The notes: a model not told the origin generated them from the sequence alone. A stretch of 64,000 nt of DNA from a bacterium (GCA_963637565.1 CAVHNT010000044.1:519-64518), one strand, 5' to 3'. Shown: positions 9,576 to 19,731, numbered from the stretch's first letter. Translations and numbers: made by a program.

Positions 9576-9739
9576 CATAGCATAATAAAGAAGATACATG
9601 AAGAGTGAGGCACGCCTCACTCTTTACTTATGCAAAGGGAAAGTTAAATTTTTCTTCTACATAGAAACATTTAATTTAAACATAAGATTTTCTTAGAGCA
9701 GAGAATCAGAGATTTTCAACTTTCTTGAAGGAGGAATAT

Positions 9740-10204
9740 ATGACTAAATTGGAAAAAGAACTTGAAAAGATTATAGAGCCTATTGTTAATGGCTTAGGCT
9801 ATTCTTTATATGATATTGAGTATGTAAAAGAAGGCAAGGAATGGTTTTTAAGACTATATATTGATAATGAGAAAGGCATAGATTTAGATGACTGTGAAAA
9901 AGTGAGTAATGCAGTTAGTGATGAGCTTGACAAAGTTGATCCTATCGAATCTGCATATTCATTAGAAGTTTCTTCTTGTGGATTAGAAAGAAGATTAAGA
10001 GAAAAAAAACATTATGAAGCGGCACTACAAAAAGAAGTTGAAATCGGGCTTTTTAGAGCTATTGAAAAATCTAAGAAGATTATAGGAAAACTAGAAGAAG
10101 TTGATGATGAAAAAATAGTTGTTTCTGATGAAAACAAAAATAAAATAGAAATAAATTTTGATAATATATCAAATGCAAAAATATTATTTAATTGGGAGGA
10201 ATAA
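9740..10204 (+). CDS. rimP: Ribosome maturation factor RimP
   Basis: ATG 9740 sits behind GAAGGAGG. It has the RimP fold motifs and the conserved operon position before nusA. Confidence 0.85.
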   Translation: MTKLEKELEKIIEPIVNGLGYSLYDIEYVKEGKEWFLRLYIDNEKGIDLDDCEKVSNAVSDELDKVDPIESAYSLEVSSCGLERRLREKKHYEAALQKEVEIGLFRAIEKSKKIIGKLEEVDDEKIVVSDENKNKIEINFDNISNAKILFNWEE

Positions 10205-10209
10205 GAAAA

Positions 10210-11268
10210 ATGAATAAGGAATTTTTTGAAGCATTGGAAGAATTAAGTGTAGAGAAAGGAATAAATAAGGAGTATTTACTTGATGCAATTGAGTCAGCTT
10301 TGGTTACAGCTTATAAAAAGAATTTCAACTCACAAGAAAATGTGAAAATTGTTATAGATGAAGAAAAAGCTTCAATAAAAGTATATTCATTAAAAGAAGT
10401 TGTTGAAGAGGTTTTTGATCCAGCAATAGAAATATCTGTTGAATCAGCACAGAAGTACAAAAAGAGAGCTGAAATTGGTGATATAGTTGAGGTTGAAATT
10501 ACACCAAAAGATTTTGGAAGAATCTCTGCACAAACTGCTAAGCAAGTTATTATTCAAAAAATAAGAGAAGCTGAAAGAGAAATTGTTTTCAGTGAGTATT
10601 CTGATAGACAAGGCGAAATTGTTAGTGGGTTGGTTCAAAAGGTTGATAAAAATGTTATGATTGTTGATCTTGGAAAAATCGAAGGAATTATGACAGCCAA
10701 TGAGCAAATTGAGAGTGAAGAATATCATGTTAATGACAAAATAAAAGCTTATGTTTTAGAAGTACAAAAAAATAGCAAGGGTGTTCCTCAAATGTTGATT
10801 TCAAGAACTCATCCTGGATTTGTAAAGAGACTTTTTGAACTTGAGATTCCTGAAATTTATGAAGGGCTAATTGAAATAAAAAATATCGTTAGAGAAGCTG
10901 GTTCAAGAACTAAGATTGCAGTATATTCAAAAGATATGAATATTGATCCTGTTGGTTCTTGCGTTGGCCCAAGAGGAATAAGAATTCAAAATATATTAAA
11001 TGAATTAAGAAATGAAAAAATAGATGTTGTTGAATGGAGTGAAGATCCAGTTCAATATATAGCTTCTGCATTAAGCCCAGCTACGGTTTTAGCTGTTGAC
11101 ATCAATCAAGATGATATGTCATCAAAAGTTGTAGTACCAGATAATCAATTGTCTCTTGCAATTGGTAAAGATGGACAAAATGCAAGATTATCTGCAAAAC
11201 TTACTGGATGGAAAATTGATATAAAGAGTGAAAGTCAGATAAAAGAAGAAATGGGTACAAATAATTAG
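10210..11268 (+). CDS. nusA: Transcription termination/antitermination factor NusA
   Basis: The N-terminus MNKEFFEALEELSVEKGI is followed by S1 and KH domains (GDIVEVEI..., VGSCVGPRGIRIQNI). RBS GGGAGG is present. Confidence 0.9.
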   Translation: MNKEFFEALEELSVEKGINKEYLLDAIESALVTAYKKNFNSQENVKIVIDEEKASIKVYSLKEVVEEVFDPAIEISVESAQKYKKRAEIGDIVEVEITPKDFGRISAQTAKQVIIQKIREAEREIVFSEYSDRQGEIVSGLVQKVDKNVMIVDLGKIEGIMTANEQIESEEYHVNDKIKAYVLEVQKNSKGVPQMLISRTHPGFVKRLFELEIPEIYEGLIEIKNIVREAGSRTKIAVYSKDMNIDPVGSCVGPRGIRIQNILNELRNEKIDVVEWSEDPVQYIASALSPATVLAVDINQDDMSSKVVVPDNQLSLAIGKDGQNARLSAKLTGWKIDIKSESQIKEEMGTNN

Positions 11269-11287
11269 TTTTTAAGAAGGTGAATAT

Positions 11288-11551
11288 ATGAAAAAAATTC
11301 CATTAAGACGTTGCTTGGGGTGCTATGAATCTAAACCTAAGAAAGAATTATGCAGAGTTGTTAAAACTACAAATGGTGAGATTTGTATAGATAAAACAGG
11401 AAAGATTAATGGCAGAGGTGCATATATTTGTTATAATGTTGAGTGTTTAGAGAAGGCAATAAAAGCAAAAAGACTTGAGAAAGAATTTGAAACAAATATT
11501 TCAGATGAGATATATTCGAATTTAAGGAGAGATATATTAAGTGATAAATAA
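11288..11551 (+). CDS. ylxR: YlxR/RnpM (DUF448) RNA-binding protein
   Basis: PLRRCLGCYESKPKKELCRVV is the YlxR signature. It occupies the conserved position between nusA and infB. Confidence 0.8.
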   Translation: MKKIPLRRCLGCYESKPKKELCRVVKTTNGEICIDKTGKINGRGAYICYNVECLEKAIKAKRLEKEFETNISDEIYSNLRRDILSDK

Positions 11552-11864
11552 AGTTTTTTCTATGCTAGGTCTTTCTATGAAAGCTGGAAAGCTTGTGTGT
11601 GGAACTGATGTGTGTATTGAGAATATTAAAAATAACAAAGCATTTTTAATAGTAATTGCAGATGACGCATCAGAAAATACAAAAGAAAAATTTGAAAGAT
11701 TGTGCAAACAATATAAAGTAAATCTTATATATTTTGGAGATAAATTTTCTTTAAGTAGAGCGGTCGGCAAAGTTGATAAGGCTGTATATGCTGTTTTAGA
11801 TAAAGGGTTTAGTGAAAAAATATTGCAAATTGAAAAAGAGAATCAAAAGGGGGCTACAAATTAA
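11541..11864 (+). CDS. ylxQ: L7Ae-family ribosomal-protein-like protein (YlxQ)
   Basis: [16 protein letters not shown] ... [12 protein letters not shown] has the L7Ae/L30e fold. The start may be GTG 11541 or ATG 11562. Confidence 0.75.
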   Translation: MINKVFSMLGLSMKAGKLVCGTDVCIENIKNNKAFLIVIADDASENTKEKFERLCKQYKVNLIYFGDKFSLSRAVGKVDKAVYAVLDKGFSEKILQIEKENQKGATN

Positions 11865-11865
11865 T

Positions 11866-14800
11866 ATGGGAAGAATGAAAGTACATGAATTAGCTAAAGA
11901 ATTGAATATGACAAGCAAGGAACTAATGGATAAATTAATTAAGTTAAATTATAACGTAAAGAGCCATTTGTCTACGCTTGAAGAAGATGAGGTTGAAAAA
12001 ATAAAAAAACAACTGAGAGAAAGTAATTCTAATTCGACTTCAAATGGTAAAAATGAAAAAGATGTTCCTAAAAAGGAAAAGAAGCCAATAGCTCCTGTTA
12101 TCATAAGAAGAGAGGTTACTAGAATAGAAAGTAGTAATCCACAAATTAAGAGAATGGATAGTAAAGAATCACCTAGAGACGAACTAGGTGTTGTTCAAAG
12201 AAGAACGGATACATCTATGAATATTAAATATAGAACCCCTCCAAGACAAATAGGAAGTATAACCCCTAAAGCAGAAACATCAAAAGCAGAGCCTGTAAAA
12301 AATGAAGTAAAGAAAGTTGAGTCTCTAAAAGTTGAATCTAAAAAAGAAGAAAATAAAGAGGAAATAATATCAAAAGAAAAAGTTATCGAAAATGTAGATA
12401 AAAAGAATATAGTAGTTAAAGAAGAAGTTAAAAAGGAAGAAACAAAGCCGATTGTGAAAGAAGAAGCAAAAGGCGAAAACAAGCCTAAAGAAATACCAGT
12501 ATTAAAGGATGAAGTTGAAGTGAAAAAAGAGCGACCAAAAATGGAATCTAATGAAAAGCAAAATAATAAGCCAAGATTTGAAAACAGAAATGTGGATAAT
12601 CAATATCAAAAGCAAAGACAAGATAATAATAGAAATAATCAAGAAAGATTTCAAAATAATAATCAAAATAGATATCAAAAATTTGATGGAAACAAAGATG
12701 GCAACAGGGATAATAGATTTGATAATAAGAGAAATGATAATAGATTCCAAAAAGATAATAAATTTCAAAATAATAAAGATCAGAGAAATAATAATGATGG
12801 CAACAGGCAAGGCGGCTATAATAAAGACCAACGTAAATTCAATAATAACAACAGACCTGCTCAAACTAGAGAAAATAAGGTAGAGAAAGATATAAAGGGG
12901 ATTATTGCTGCTAATACAGAAGTATCTACTAAAGAAGCAGGAAGAGAAGCCGTTAGAACTGGTTATAAAGATAAAGAAAAAGACAACAGAAAATTTGAGG
13001 AGTCAACCAAAAAGGTAAGTAAATCTAGAAGCTCTAGAGCAGAAAGGGACGACATCAACTATGATAAATTAAAAGATTTACAATCTGAAAGCAATTTCTC
13101 AAATATGTTTAATGATACAGACAGTAAAATGTTTGATTACTATGATTTATCTAGAGGCAAAGGCAAAAAGAAAAATAAGAAAAAGCCAACTGAAAGTAAA
13201 GAACATATTGATCAAAAAATATTTGAACTTACAGATATTGATTTGCCAGAAACTGTTACAGTTAAAGAGCTTGCTGAAAAATTGAAAAAACAAGCATCTG
13301 AAATTATAAAGAAATTAATGGGCTATGGTGTTTTAGCAACACTTAACAACGAATTAGATTTTGATACAGCATATTTAGTAGCTAGTGAATTTGGAGTAAC
13401 TGCTCATAAGAAAGAAACTTTATCTGATGAAGATATTCTATTTGATGATACAGATGATAATGAAGATGAATTAGTTCCAAGACCTCCAATAGTAGTTGTC
13501 ATGGGACATGTAGACCATGGTAAGACTTCACTTCTTGATGCAATCAGATCAACAAATGTAATAGAAAAAGAAGCTGGTGGTATTACACAACATATAGGTG
13601 CTTATAAAGTTGAAATAAATGGAAGAGAGATTACATTTATAGATACTCCTGGACACGAAGCTTTTACAGCTATGCGTGCAAGAGGAGCACAAGTTACAGA
13701 TGTTGCAATTATAGTTGTAGCAGCTGATGATGGTATAATGCCACAAACAATTGAAGCAATAAATCATGCTAAAGCAGCTGGAGTATCAATAATTGTTGCT
13801 ATAAACAAGATTGATAAAGAGGGTGCAAATATAGATAGAGTAAAACAAGAGATAATGGAATATGGTTTGGTACCTGAAGAATGGGGTGGCGACACAATTT
13901 GTGTTCCAATATCAGCAAAACAAAACAAGAACATTGACTCATTATTAGAAATGGTTTTACTTGTTGCTGACATGAAAGAATTGAAAGCAAATCCAAATAA
14001 ACAAGCAAAAGGAACAGTATTGGAAGCAAGACTTGATAAGAATACTGGTATTACAGCATCACTTCTTGTACAAAGAGGAACATTAAATATAGGTGATACA
14101 ATTGTTGTAGGAAGTGTAATAGGAAAAATCAGAGGAATGATAGATGACAAAGGACAAAAAGTTAAAGCTGCTGGTCCATCAACACCAGTTGAAGTTATCG
14201 GTCTTTCTGAAGTGCCAGAAGCTGGTGAAGTATTCTACGAAGTTGAAAATGAAAAAGTTGCAAAACACTTAATAGACAAGAGAAAACGTAAACAAAGAGA
14301 AGAAATGTTAAGAATGGCTGCACCGGTTACATTGGATAATCTATTCAATCAAATTGAAGAAGGTAAATTGAAAGATTTGAACATAATAATAAAAGCAGAC
14401 TTAGCAGGTTCTGTTCAAGCTTTAAAAGCTTCACTTGAAAAGATAAGAAATGAAGAAGCAAGAGTTAGAATTATTCATAGTAATGTTGGTGGAATTACAG
14501 AATCAGATATTACACTTGCAAAAGTAACAAATTCAATAATAATAGGATTTAATGTTAGAGCTGATTCAACAGCAAAATCGATGGCAGAAAAAGAAGGAGT
14601 ACAAATAAACTTATATTCAGTAATTTATAATGCTATTGATGATGTCACCGCAGCACTAAAAGGAATGCTAAAACCAAAATACAAAGAAGTAATTCAAGGT
14701 ACAGCAGAAGTAAGACAAACATTTAAAATTACTAATGTTGGTATGATTGCAGGATGCTATGTATTAGATGGAAAGATAGTAAGAAATTCTGGACTTCGTG

Positions 14801-14976
14801 TAATTAGAGATAATGTTGTAATTCATACAGGAAAGCTTTGTTCATTAAAGAGAATGAAAGATGATGCAAAAGAAGTTGCTGCTGGTTATGAATGTGGTGT
14901 TCAAATTGAGAACTACGAGGACATTAAAGTTGGTGACAAGATTGAATCATTCATACTAGAAGAAATTAAGCAGTAA
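11866..14976 (+). CDS. infB: Translation initiation factor IF-2
   Basis: ATG 11866 ([13 protein letters not shown]) sits behind AAGGGGG. The G-domain motifs are [24 protein letters not shown] and NKIDK. A long low-complexity K/E/N/R/Q-rich N-terminal region is present. Confidence 0.95.
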   Translation: MGRMKVHELAKELNMTSKELMDKLIKLNYNVKSHLSTLEEDEVEKIKKQLRESNSNSTSNGKNEKDVPKKEKKPIAPVIIRREVTRIESSNPQIKRMDSKESPRDELGVVQRRTDTSMNIKYRTPPRQIGSITPKAETSKAEPVKNEVKKVESLKVESKKEENKEEIISKEKVIENVDKKNIVVKEEVKKEETKPIVKEEAKGENKPKEIPVLKDEVEVKKERPKMESNEKQNNKPRFENRNVDNQYQKQRQDNNRNNQERFQNNNQNRYQKFDGNKDGNRDNRFDNKRNDNRFQKDNKFQNNKDQRNNNDGNRQGGYNKDQRKFNNNNRPAQTRENKVEKDIKGIIAANTEVSTKEAGREAVRTGYKDKEKDNRKFEESTKKVSKSRSSRAERDDINYDKLKDLQSESNFSNMFNDTDSKMFDYYDLSRGKGKKKNKKKPTESKEHIDQKIFELTDIDLPETVTVKELAEKLKKQASEIIKKLMGYGVLATLNNELDFDTAYLVASEFGVTAHKKETLSDEDILFDDTDDNEDELVPRPPIVVVMGHVDHGKTSLLDAIRSTNVIEKEAGGITQHIGAYKVEINGREITFIDTPGHEAFTAMRARGAQVTDVAIIVVAADDGIMPQTIEAINHAKAAGVSIIVAINKIDKEGANIDRVKQEIMEYGLVPEEWGGDTICVPISAKQNKNIDSLLEMVLLVADMKELKANPNKQAKGTVLEARLDKNTGITASLLVQRGTLNIGDTIVVGSVIGKIRGMIDDKGQKVKAAGPSTPVEVIGLSEVPEAGEVFYEVENEKVAKHLIDKRKRKQREEMLRMAAPVTLDNLFNQIEEGKLKDLNIIIKADLAGSVQALKASLEKIRNEEARVRIIHSNVGGITESDITLAKVTNSIIIGFNVRADSTAKSMAEKEGVQINLYSVIYNAIDDVTAALKGMLKPKYKEVIQGTAEVRQTFKITNVGMIAGCYVLDGKIVRNSGLRVIRDNVVIHTGKLCSLKRMKDDAKEVAAGYECGVQIENYEDIKVGDKIESFILEEIKQ

Positions 14977-15016
14977 ATTCTATTGACTTTAAAGTAATAA
15001 AATTAGCAAGTCTTCA

Positions 15017-15051
15017 GCTGCCACTAAAAAGTAGCTGAAGACAACGTTGAC
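15017..15051 (+). terminator. Hairpin downstream of infB (possible terminator/processing site; no T-run)
   Basis: GTCTTCAGCT ... AGCTGAAGAC forms a perfect 10-bp stem with a 13-nt loop. Confidence 0.3.
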
Positions 15052-15111
15052 TAATGAGGTATTATAAATTCAAAAAATTATTTTGCATAATATACCAGAA
15101 AGGAACGTAAA

Positions 15112-15480
15112 ATGGAAAGAGTAGAAAGAATTGAAGAGGAAGTAAAGAAAATAGTTAGTAAGGCTATAGATAGAGATTTAAAAGATCCAAGACTTACAGG
15201 ACTTATAAGTGTTACAAAAGTGGATGTTTCGAGAGATTTGAAATATTGCAAAGTTTATGTAAGTATGTTAGGTGTTGCAGATCAAAAAGAGGCAATGGAT
15301 GCGTTAAAATCTTCAGCAGGTTTTGTAAGAAGAGAAATTGGTGCCAATATAAGAATGCATTCAACGCCAGAAGTTAAATTTGAATTTGATGATTCAATTG
15401 AATATGGAAATAAGATTCAAAAGATGATAAATGATTTAGATATTAAACCTATCGAAAACGATAGTGAAGAAGGGGACTAA
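15112..15480 (+). CDS. rbfA: Ribosome-binding factor A
   Basis: RVERIEEEVKKIVSKAI...LTGLISVTKVDVSRDLKYCKVYVS is the RbfA signature. Confidence 0.9.
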   Translation: MERVERIEEEVKKIVSKAIDRDLKDPRLTGLISVTKVDVSRDLKYCKVYVSMLGVADQKEAMDALKSSAGFVRREIGANIRMHSTPEVKFEFDDSIEYGNKIQKMINDLDIKPIENDSEEGD

Positions 15481-15483
15481 GTT

Positions 15484-16437
15484 ATGTCAGTTTTAGATAG
15501 TATAAAAGAAAAAATTGAAAATGCAAATTCAATTTTAATATTAACACATGAAAATCCCGATGGAGACGCAGTGGGTAGCTCTATAGGCTTTATGCATGGA
15601 TTAAAAAAATTAGAGAAAAATGTAGATGTATATATACCTGAACTAAGCAAAGTGTATGATTTTTTGCCTGGTTATGAAGAAGTAAAAACAAAGCTTACAG
15701 GAGATGAGGAATACGATTTGTGTATAGCTCTAGACAGCAGCGACGTTGAAAGACTTGGATTTGGAAAAGATTGGTTTAAGAAAATAGGAAACACTATTGT
15801 AATAGACCACCACATAACAAACCAAAACTTTGGGGATGCGAACTACGTTAATGCAGTTGCTTCATCAACTTGTCAAAATATCATTGTTATTTTAGCATCA
15901 CTTGAAGTAGCAATAAATAAAGACATGGCAACATGTATATATTCTGGAATGCTTACAGATACAGGCGGATTCAGATATAACGTTCAATCAGAAACATTTG
16001 AGTTTGCTGGAATGCTTTTGGAAACAGGAGTAGATATAGCTAAAATATATAGAAGATTGTTTGATGAAACGACTGAAGCAAGAACAAGACTATTAGCAAG
16101 GTCACTTAATAGATTAGAAATTCTAGAAAATGGCAAGATTGCATTTACCTACATAACACAACAAGATTTTGATGAACTGCATAACGAAGATGGAGATCAA
16201 GAAAATATTGTGAATTATGGAAGAAATATTGAAGGTGTGGAAGTATCGATATTCATAAGAGAAAAAGATGGAAACTATAAAATTAGTTTGAGATCAAATG
16301 AATATGTTGATGTATCAAGAATTGCTGCAAAGTATGCTGGTGGCGGACATATTAAAGCAGCAGGATTTGAACTTGCAATGCCTTTTGAACAAGCTAAAGA
16401 AACAGTTGTAAAAGAAATAGCTAGTCAACTTAGATAA
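15484..16437 (+). CDS. nrnA: DHH-family bifunctional oligoribonuclease / pAp phosphatase NrnA
   Basis: The motifs HENPDGDAVGS, DHH (IDHH) and a DHHA1 C-terminus with GGGH are present. It occupies the conserved position after rbfA. Confidence 0.85.
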   Translation: MSVLDSIKEKIENANSILILTHENPDGDAVGSSIGFMHGLKKLEKNVDVYIPELSKVYDFLPGYEEVKTKLTGDEEYDLCIALDSSDVERLGFGKDWFKKIGNTIVIDHHITNQNFGDANYVNAVASSTCQNIIVILASLEVAINKDMATCIYSGMLTDTGGFRYNVQSETFEFAGMLLETGVDIAKIYRRLFDETTEARTRLLARSLNRLEILENGKIAFTYITQQDFDELHNEDGDQENIVNYGRNIEGVEVSIFIREKDGNYKISLRSNEYVDVSRIAAKYAGGGHIKAAGFELAMPFEQAKETVVKEIASQLR

Positions 16438-16529
16438 GAAATAATCCCTTAGTTAAAAACTAAGGGATTATTAAAACGATATAAATAAAAAATTGCATGG
16501 ATACTATAAAAGAGGAGAGAAAATATCAA

Positions 16530-17357
16530 ATGTTAGACGGAATTTTAATCATAGATAAACCAGCCGGAATAACATCACATGATGTGGTTGCAAAGGTAAG
16601 AAAAGCATTAAAAACTAAAAAAGTAGGACATACAGGCACTCTGGATCCACTTGCAACAGGTGTATTAGTTGTGTGTGTTGAAAAAGCTACGAAACTTGTA
16701 AATTATTTGACATGTGATGAGAAAGTTTATGAAGTTGAAATGAAATTCGGAATAAAAACTGATACAGGTGATATAACAGGAAAAATAATTGATGAGGACA
16801 CTAACTATGAGATAGATATGAGTAAAATTCAAAGAACAATAAGTAAATTTATTGGAAAGCAAGAACAGATACCACCTATGTATTCTGCAATAAAAGTAAA
16901 TGGAAAAAAGTTATATGAATTAGCTCGTGAAGGAATTGAAATAGAACGAGAAGCAAGAAAAATTGAGATATTTGAAATAAAAAATATAGAATGGAAAGAC
17001 GAAATATTGAAATATACAGTGCATTGTTCAAAAGGAACGTACATAAGAAGTTTGTGCGAAGATATTGCAAGAGAGCTTGGAACTATAGGAACAATGACTA
17101 ACTTAAGAAGGATTCAATTAGGTAAATTTCAAATAAAAGATGCAATAAAAATAGAAGATATATCAGAAGAAAAAATAATATCAATAGAAAAACTTTTCGA
17201 CAAAGAAATTGATGTAAAAAACAATTTAAAAGAACTACTAAACGGTATGAAAATTCAGTGTATAAGACCAGATGGACTATACAAATTATACGCCGACAAA
17301 TTTATAGGTATAGGAAAAATAGAGAAGAATTATTTAAAAAGAGAAATAATTTTGTAG
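16530..17357 (+). CDS. truB: tRNA pseudouridine(55) synthase TruB
   Basis: GILIIDKPAGITSHDVVAKVRK...KVGHTGTLDPLATGVLVVCV is the TruB catalytic Asp motif region. Confidence 0.9.
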   Translation: MLDGILIIDKPAGITSHDVVAKVRKALKTKKVGHTGTLDPLATGVLVVCVEKATKLVNYLTCDEKVYEVEMKFGIKTDTGDITGKIIDEDTNYEIDMSKIQRTISKFIGKQEQIPPMYSAIKVNGKKLYELAREGIEIEREARKIEIFEIKNIEWKDEILKYTVHCSKGTYIRSLCEDIARELGTIGTMTNLRRIQLGKFQIKDAIKIEDISEEKIISIEKLFDKEIDVKNNLKELLNGMKIQCIRPDGLYKLYADKFIGIGKIEKNYLKREIIL

Positions 17358-17465
17358 AAAATGGAAAATGAAAAAATTTGCGAGAATACCTTAAATATGT
17401 AAAAATATAAATGTACTTAAGTAAGGGGAAGTATTGCTAGAAAAAATAATTTAAGGAGAATTTAT

Positions 17466-18779
17466 ATGATAAAGAAAAATGACGATTTGGAAGTGAACAT
17501 TTCTGATATAGGCTATGAAGGTGAAGGAATAGCCAAAATAGATGGATACACAACTTTTATAAAAGGTGGACTAAAAGGCGAAAAAGTAAAAATAAAAATG
17601 CTAAAAGTGAATAAAAATTTTGGCTTTGCAAAACTACTTGAAGTATTAGAAAGAAGTGATGAGAGAGAAGAGCCAGTTTGTGATGTTTTTGGAAAATGTG
17701 GTGGATGCAATTTACAACATATTAACTATGAAGCACAATTAGATTATAAGACAAGCATGGTAAAAAACACATTAAAAAAGGCCCTAGGATATGATGTTTA
17801 TGTTGAACAAACGATTGGAATGGGAATACCATACAATTACAGAAATAAAGCACAATATCCTGTGGTAGATGATAAAATAGGTTTCTTTGCGGGTAGAACA
17901 CATGCTTTAATTGAAAATGAAAAATGTTACATACAAAATGAAATATCAGATAAGCTTGCAAAAGACGCTTTTAAAATATTAAAAAAGCATAATATTACTT
18001 CATATAATGAGAAAAATGGAAAAGGTTGTTTAAGGCATATAATAACCAGAATTGGCATAAATACAGGCGAGCTAATGCTTATACTAGTAATAAACGAAAA
18101 AAATATAAAACATAAAGAAGAAATAGTTAGTGAACTAATTAAGAAATATCCAATGTTAAAATCAATAATTCAAAATATAAATTCAAAGAATACTAATGTG
18201 ATACTTGGAAATGAATGTATTACTTTGTATGGAGAAGGATATATAACAGACATACTAGGCGAATACAAATTTAAAATATCACCGCTGTCATTCTACCAAG
18301 TAAATCCAGTACAAACAGAAGTGTTGTACAACATAGCAAAAGAATATGCAAATTTGCAAGGAACAGAAACAGTATTTGATTTGTACTCAGGAATTGGAAC
18401 AATATCGATTTTTATAGCAGATAGTGCCAAAAAAGTATATGGGGTGGAAATAGTTGGACCTGCGGTTATTGATGCAAAAGAAAATGCCGAAATAAACGAG
18501 ATAAGAAATGTAGAATTCATACAAGGAGAAGCCGAAGTGATAGTTCCCCAAATGTATAAGGAAGGAAAAAAAGCAGATGTAGTGTTTGTAGATCCACCAA
18601 GAAAAGGCTGTGATGAAAGATTACTAAAAACAATAAAAGAGATGAAAGCTGAAAAAGTAGTATATATAAGCTGTAATCCAGCAACATTAGCAAGAGATTT
18701 GAGATATTTAACTGACAATGAGTATGAAATAGAAAAAGTACAACCAGTTGATATGTTTCCACAAACGCGGACATGTTGA
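17466..18779 (+). CDS. rlmD: 23S rRNA (uracil-C5)-methyltransferase RlmD/RumA family (TRAM + Fe-S + SAM MTase)
   Basis: It has an N-terminal TRAM domain, a Fe-S cysteine cluster CDVFGKCGGC, the SAM motif FDLYSGIGT and the C-terminal motif DPPRKG. Confidence 0.85.
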   Translation: MIKKNDDLEVNISDIGYEGEGIAKIDGYTTFIKGGLKGEKVKIKMLKVNKNFGFAKLLEVLERSDEREEPVCDVFGKCGGCNLQHINYEAQLDYKTSMVKNTLKKALGYDVYVEQTIGMGIPYNYRNKAQYPVVDDKIGFFAGRTHALIENEKCYIQNEISDKLAKDAFKILKKHNITSYNEKNGKGCLRHIITRIGINTGELMLILVINEKNIKHKEEIVSELIKKYPMLKSIIQNINSKNTNVILGNECITLYGEGYITDILGEYKFKISPLSFYQVNPVQTEVLYNIAKEYANLQGTETVFDLYSGIGTISIFIADSAKKVYGVEIVGPAVIDAKENAEINEIRNVEFIQGEAEVIVPQMYKEGKKADVVFVDPPRKGCDERLLKTIKEMKAEKVVYISCNPATLARDLRYLTDNEYEIEKVQPVDMFPQTRTC

Positions 18780-18993
18780 ATGTGTTGTGTTGCTATGTCG
18801 TAGAAGCTAGTTATATCAAGGCGTTTATAGAATTGGTATGTAGATAAAAATACTTATTTTTAATTAAAAATTGATAAATTATTTTGAACCTCGTTTGCGG
18901 AAGGTAGATGAAATTTTGTATACTTGTCAAGAATGTGAAACAAAATTTCAAAAATTAATTGTAATACTACAAGTGTGTACTAAGTGCTATGCA

Positions 18994-19032
18994 ACAGCAC
19001 ATTTACAATTTTATGTAAATGTGCTATAATAT
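18994..19032 (+). promoter_or_regulatory. Near-consensus sigma-70 promoter upstream of the GC-rich ORF
   Basis: TTTACA, a 17-nt spacer, then TATAAT. It lies about 140 nt upstream of GTG 19175. Confidence 0.55.
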
Positions 19033-19174
19033 TGCTGTGTCTTAAAGATTTAGACCATTCAATGCAGTTGTTAGACTAACACCTACGTTGGAAAAGTTTG
19101 ATTACATTTTGATAATCAGGCAAAAGCAAGCAATTACCCCAAAAAGGATAGAATAGGAGAAAGGGCAATAAAAA

Positions 19175-19531
19175 GTGAAGATTCGTAGTATGATTAGTTG
19201 TGGACCTCTGAGAGCTGGTCAGCTCTATGACGTGCAGCAGGCAGACGGAAATCTCGTTGTGCTGAAGGGTGTGCCAGGAATTTGGGAGACGGGCAATTTT
19301 GTGATTGAATCGCAACAGCCTGAAGTTTACCTGGCTATTGCCTACGAGTTTCCCATTGTTGGGTACCCCCTCAGTTGCAAAAAAATTGATGGGTGCCGTG
19401 AAACCGGAGAAGTAAGGATTCTTGAAACCATCACGACCTCTCCTGTTATGGCGATGAACTACATAGGTGGAAACATTTGGAGTGTTTTCACCTATAGTGG
19501 CAATCTGTACATCGTACAGGTAGTTGCTTGA
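19175..19531 (+). CDS. Hypothetical 118-aa protein, compositionally foreign (about 48% GC in a roughly 29% GC genome)
   Basis: A GTG start sits behind AGGAGAAAGG. Its codon usage is rich in G/C-ending codons, unlike its neighbours. It has its own promoter upstream and a hairpin+T-run downstream. No recognisable motif. Confidence 0.5.
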   Translation: MKIRSMISCGPLRAGQLYDVQQADGNLVVLKGVPGIWETGNFVIESQQPEVYLAIAYEFPIVGYPLSCKKIDGCRETGEVRILETITTSPVMAMNYIGGNIWSVFTYSGNLYIVQVVA

Positions 19532-19535
19532 TTAA

Positions 19536-19580
19536 AAAACAGCTTTGGTGACTTTTAGTTGCCAGAGCTATTTTTTATGT
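19536..19580 (+). terminator. Putative intrinsic terminator after GC-rich ORF
   Basis: CAGCTTTGG...CCAGAGCT is an imperfect stem, followed by ATTTTTTAT. Confidence 0.35.
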
Positions 19581-19731
19581 AATAGGAAAGTAACAAATTT
19601 GCAACTTTTTATGTATTAATTTTCTTTCCTATTGCATAAAAAACTTTAATTTATGCGAGAGATTTTCTTTCTTTCAGTCGAAAACTCTCGAGGGTCGAAA
19701 GAATGAAAATCGAAGATTTTCATCTTTCTTG
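19571..19731 (+). repeat. Composite palindromic intergenic repeat, copy 1 (module A 19571-19645 + module B 19653-19731)
   Basis: Module A is TTTTTATGTAATAGGAAAG-(loop)-CTTTCCTATTGCATAAAAAAC, with 15-bp arms. Module B is ATGCGAGAGATTTTCTTTCTTTCAGTCGAAAACTCTCGAGGGTCGAAAGAATGAAAATCGAAGATTTTCATCTTTCTTG, with two hairpins. The same sequence recurs at 21658-21818(-), 28994-29154(+), 50791-50867 (A only), 44518-44610 (degenerate) and 35653-35681 (B tail). Confidence 0.85.

Noticed and set aside
12195-12883. ORFs antisense to, or out of frame with, the infB N-terminal low-complexity region
   Set aside because: The AAR/AAT-rich repetitive DNA encoding the K/N/Q/R-rich IF2 linker leaves other frames open by chance. 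The infB frame is unambiguous.
19571-19645. Repeat module A as a sigma-70 promoter (it contains TTGCAA and TGTATTAAT)
   Set aside because: The spacing between TTGCAA and the nearest -10-like hexamer is only about 10 nt. The motif is better explained as the loop of the long palindrome.
19571-19731. Repeat as a simple bidirectional Rho-independent terminator
   Set aside because: The T-run and A-run are symmetric around the palindrome, so in both transcription directions the hairpin is followed by an A-run, not a U-run. Some copies sit upstream rather than downstream of genes.
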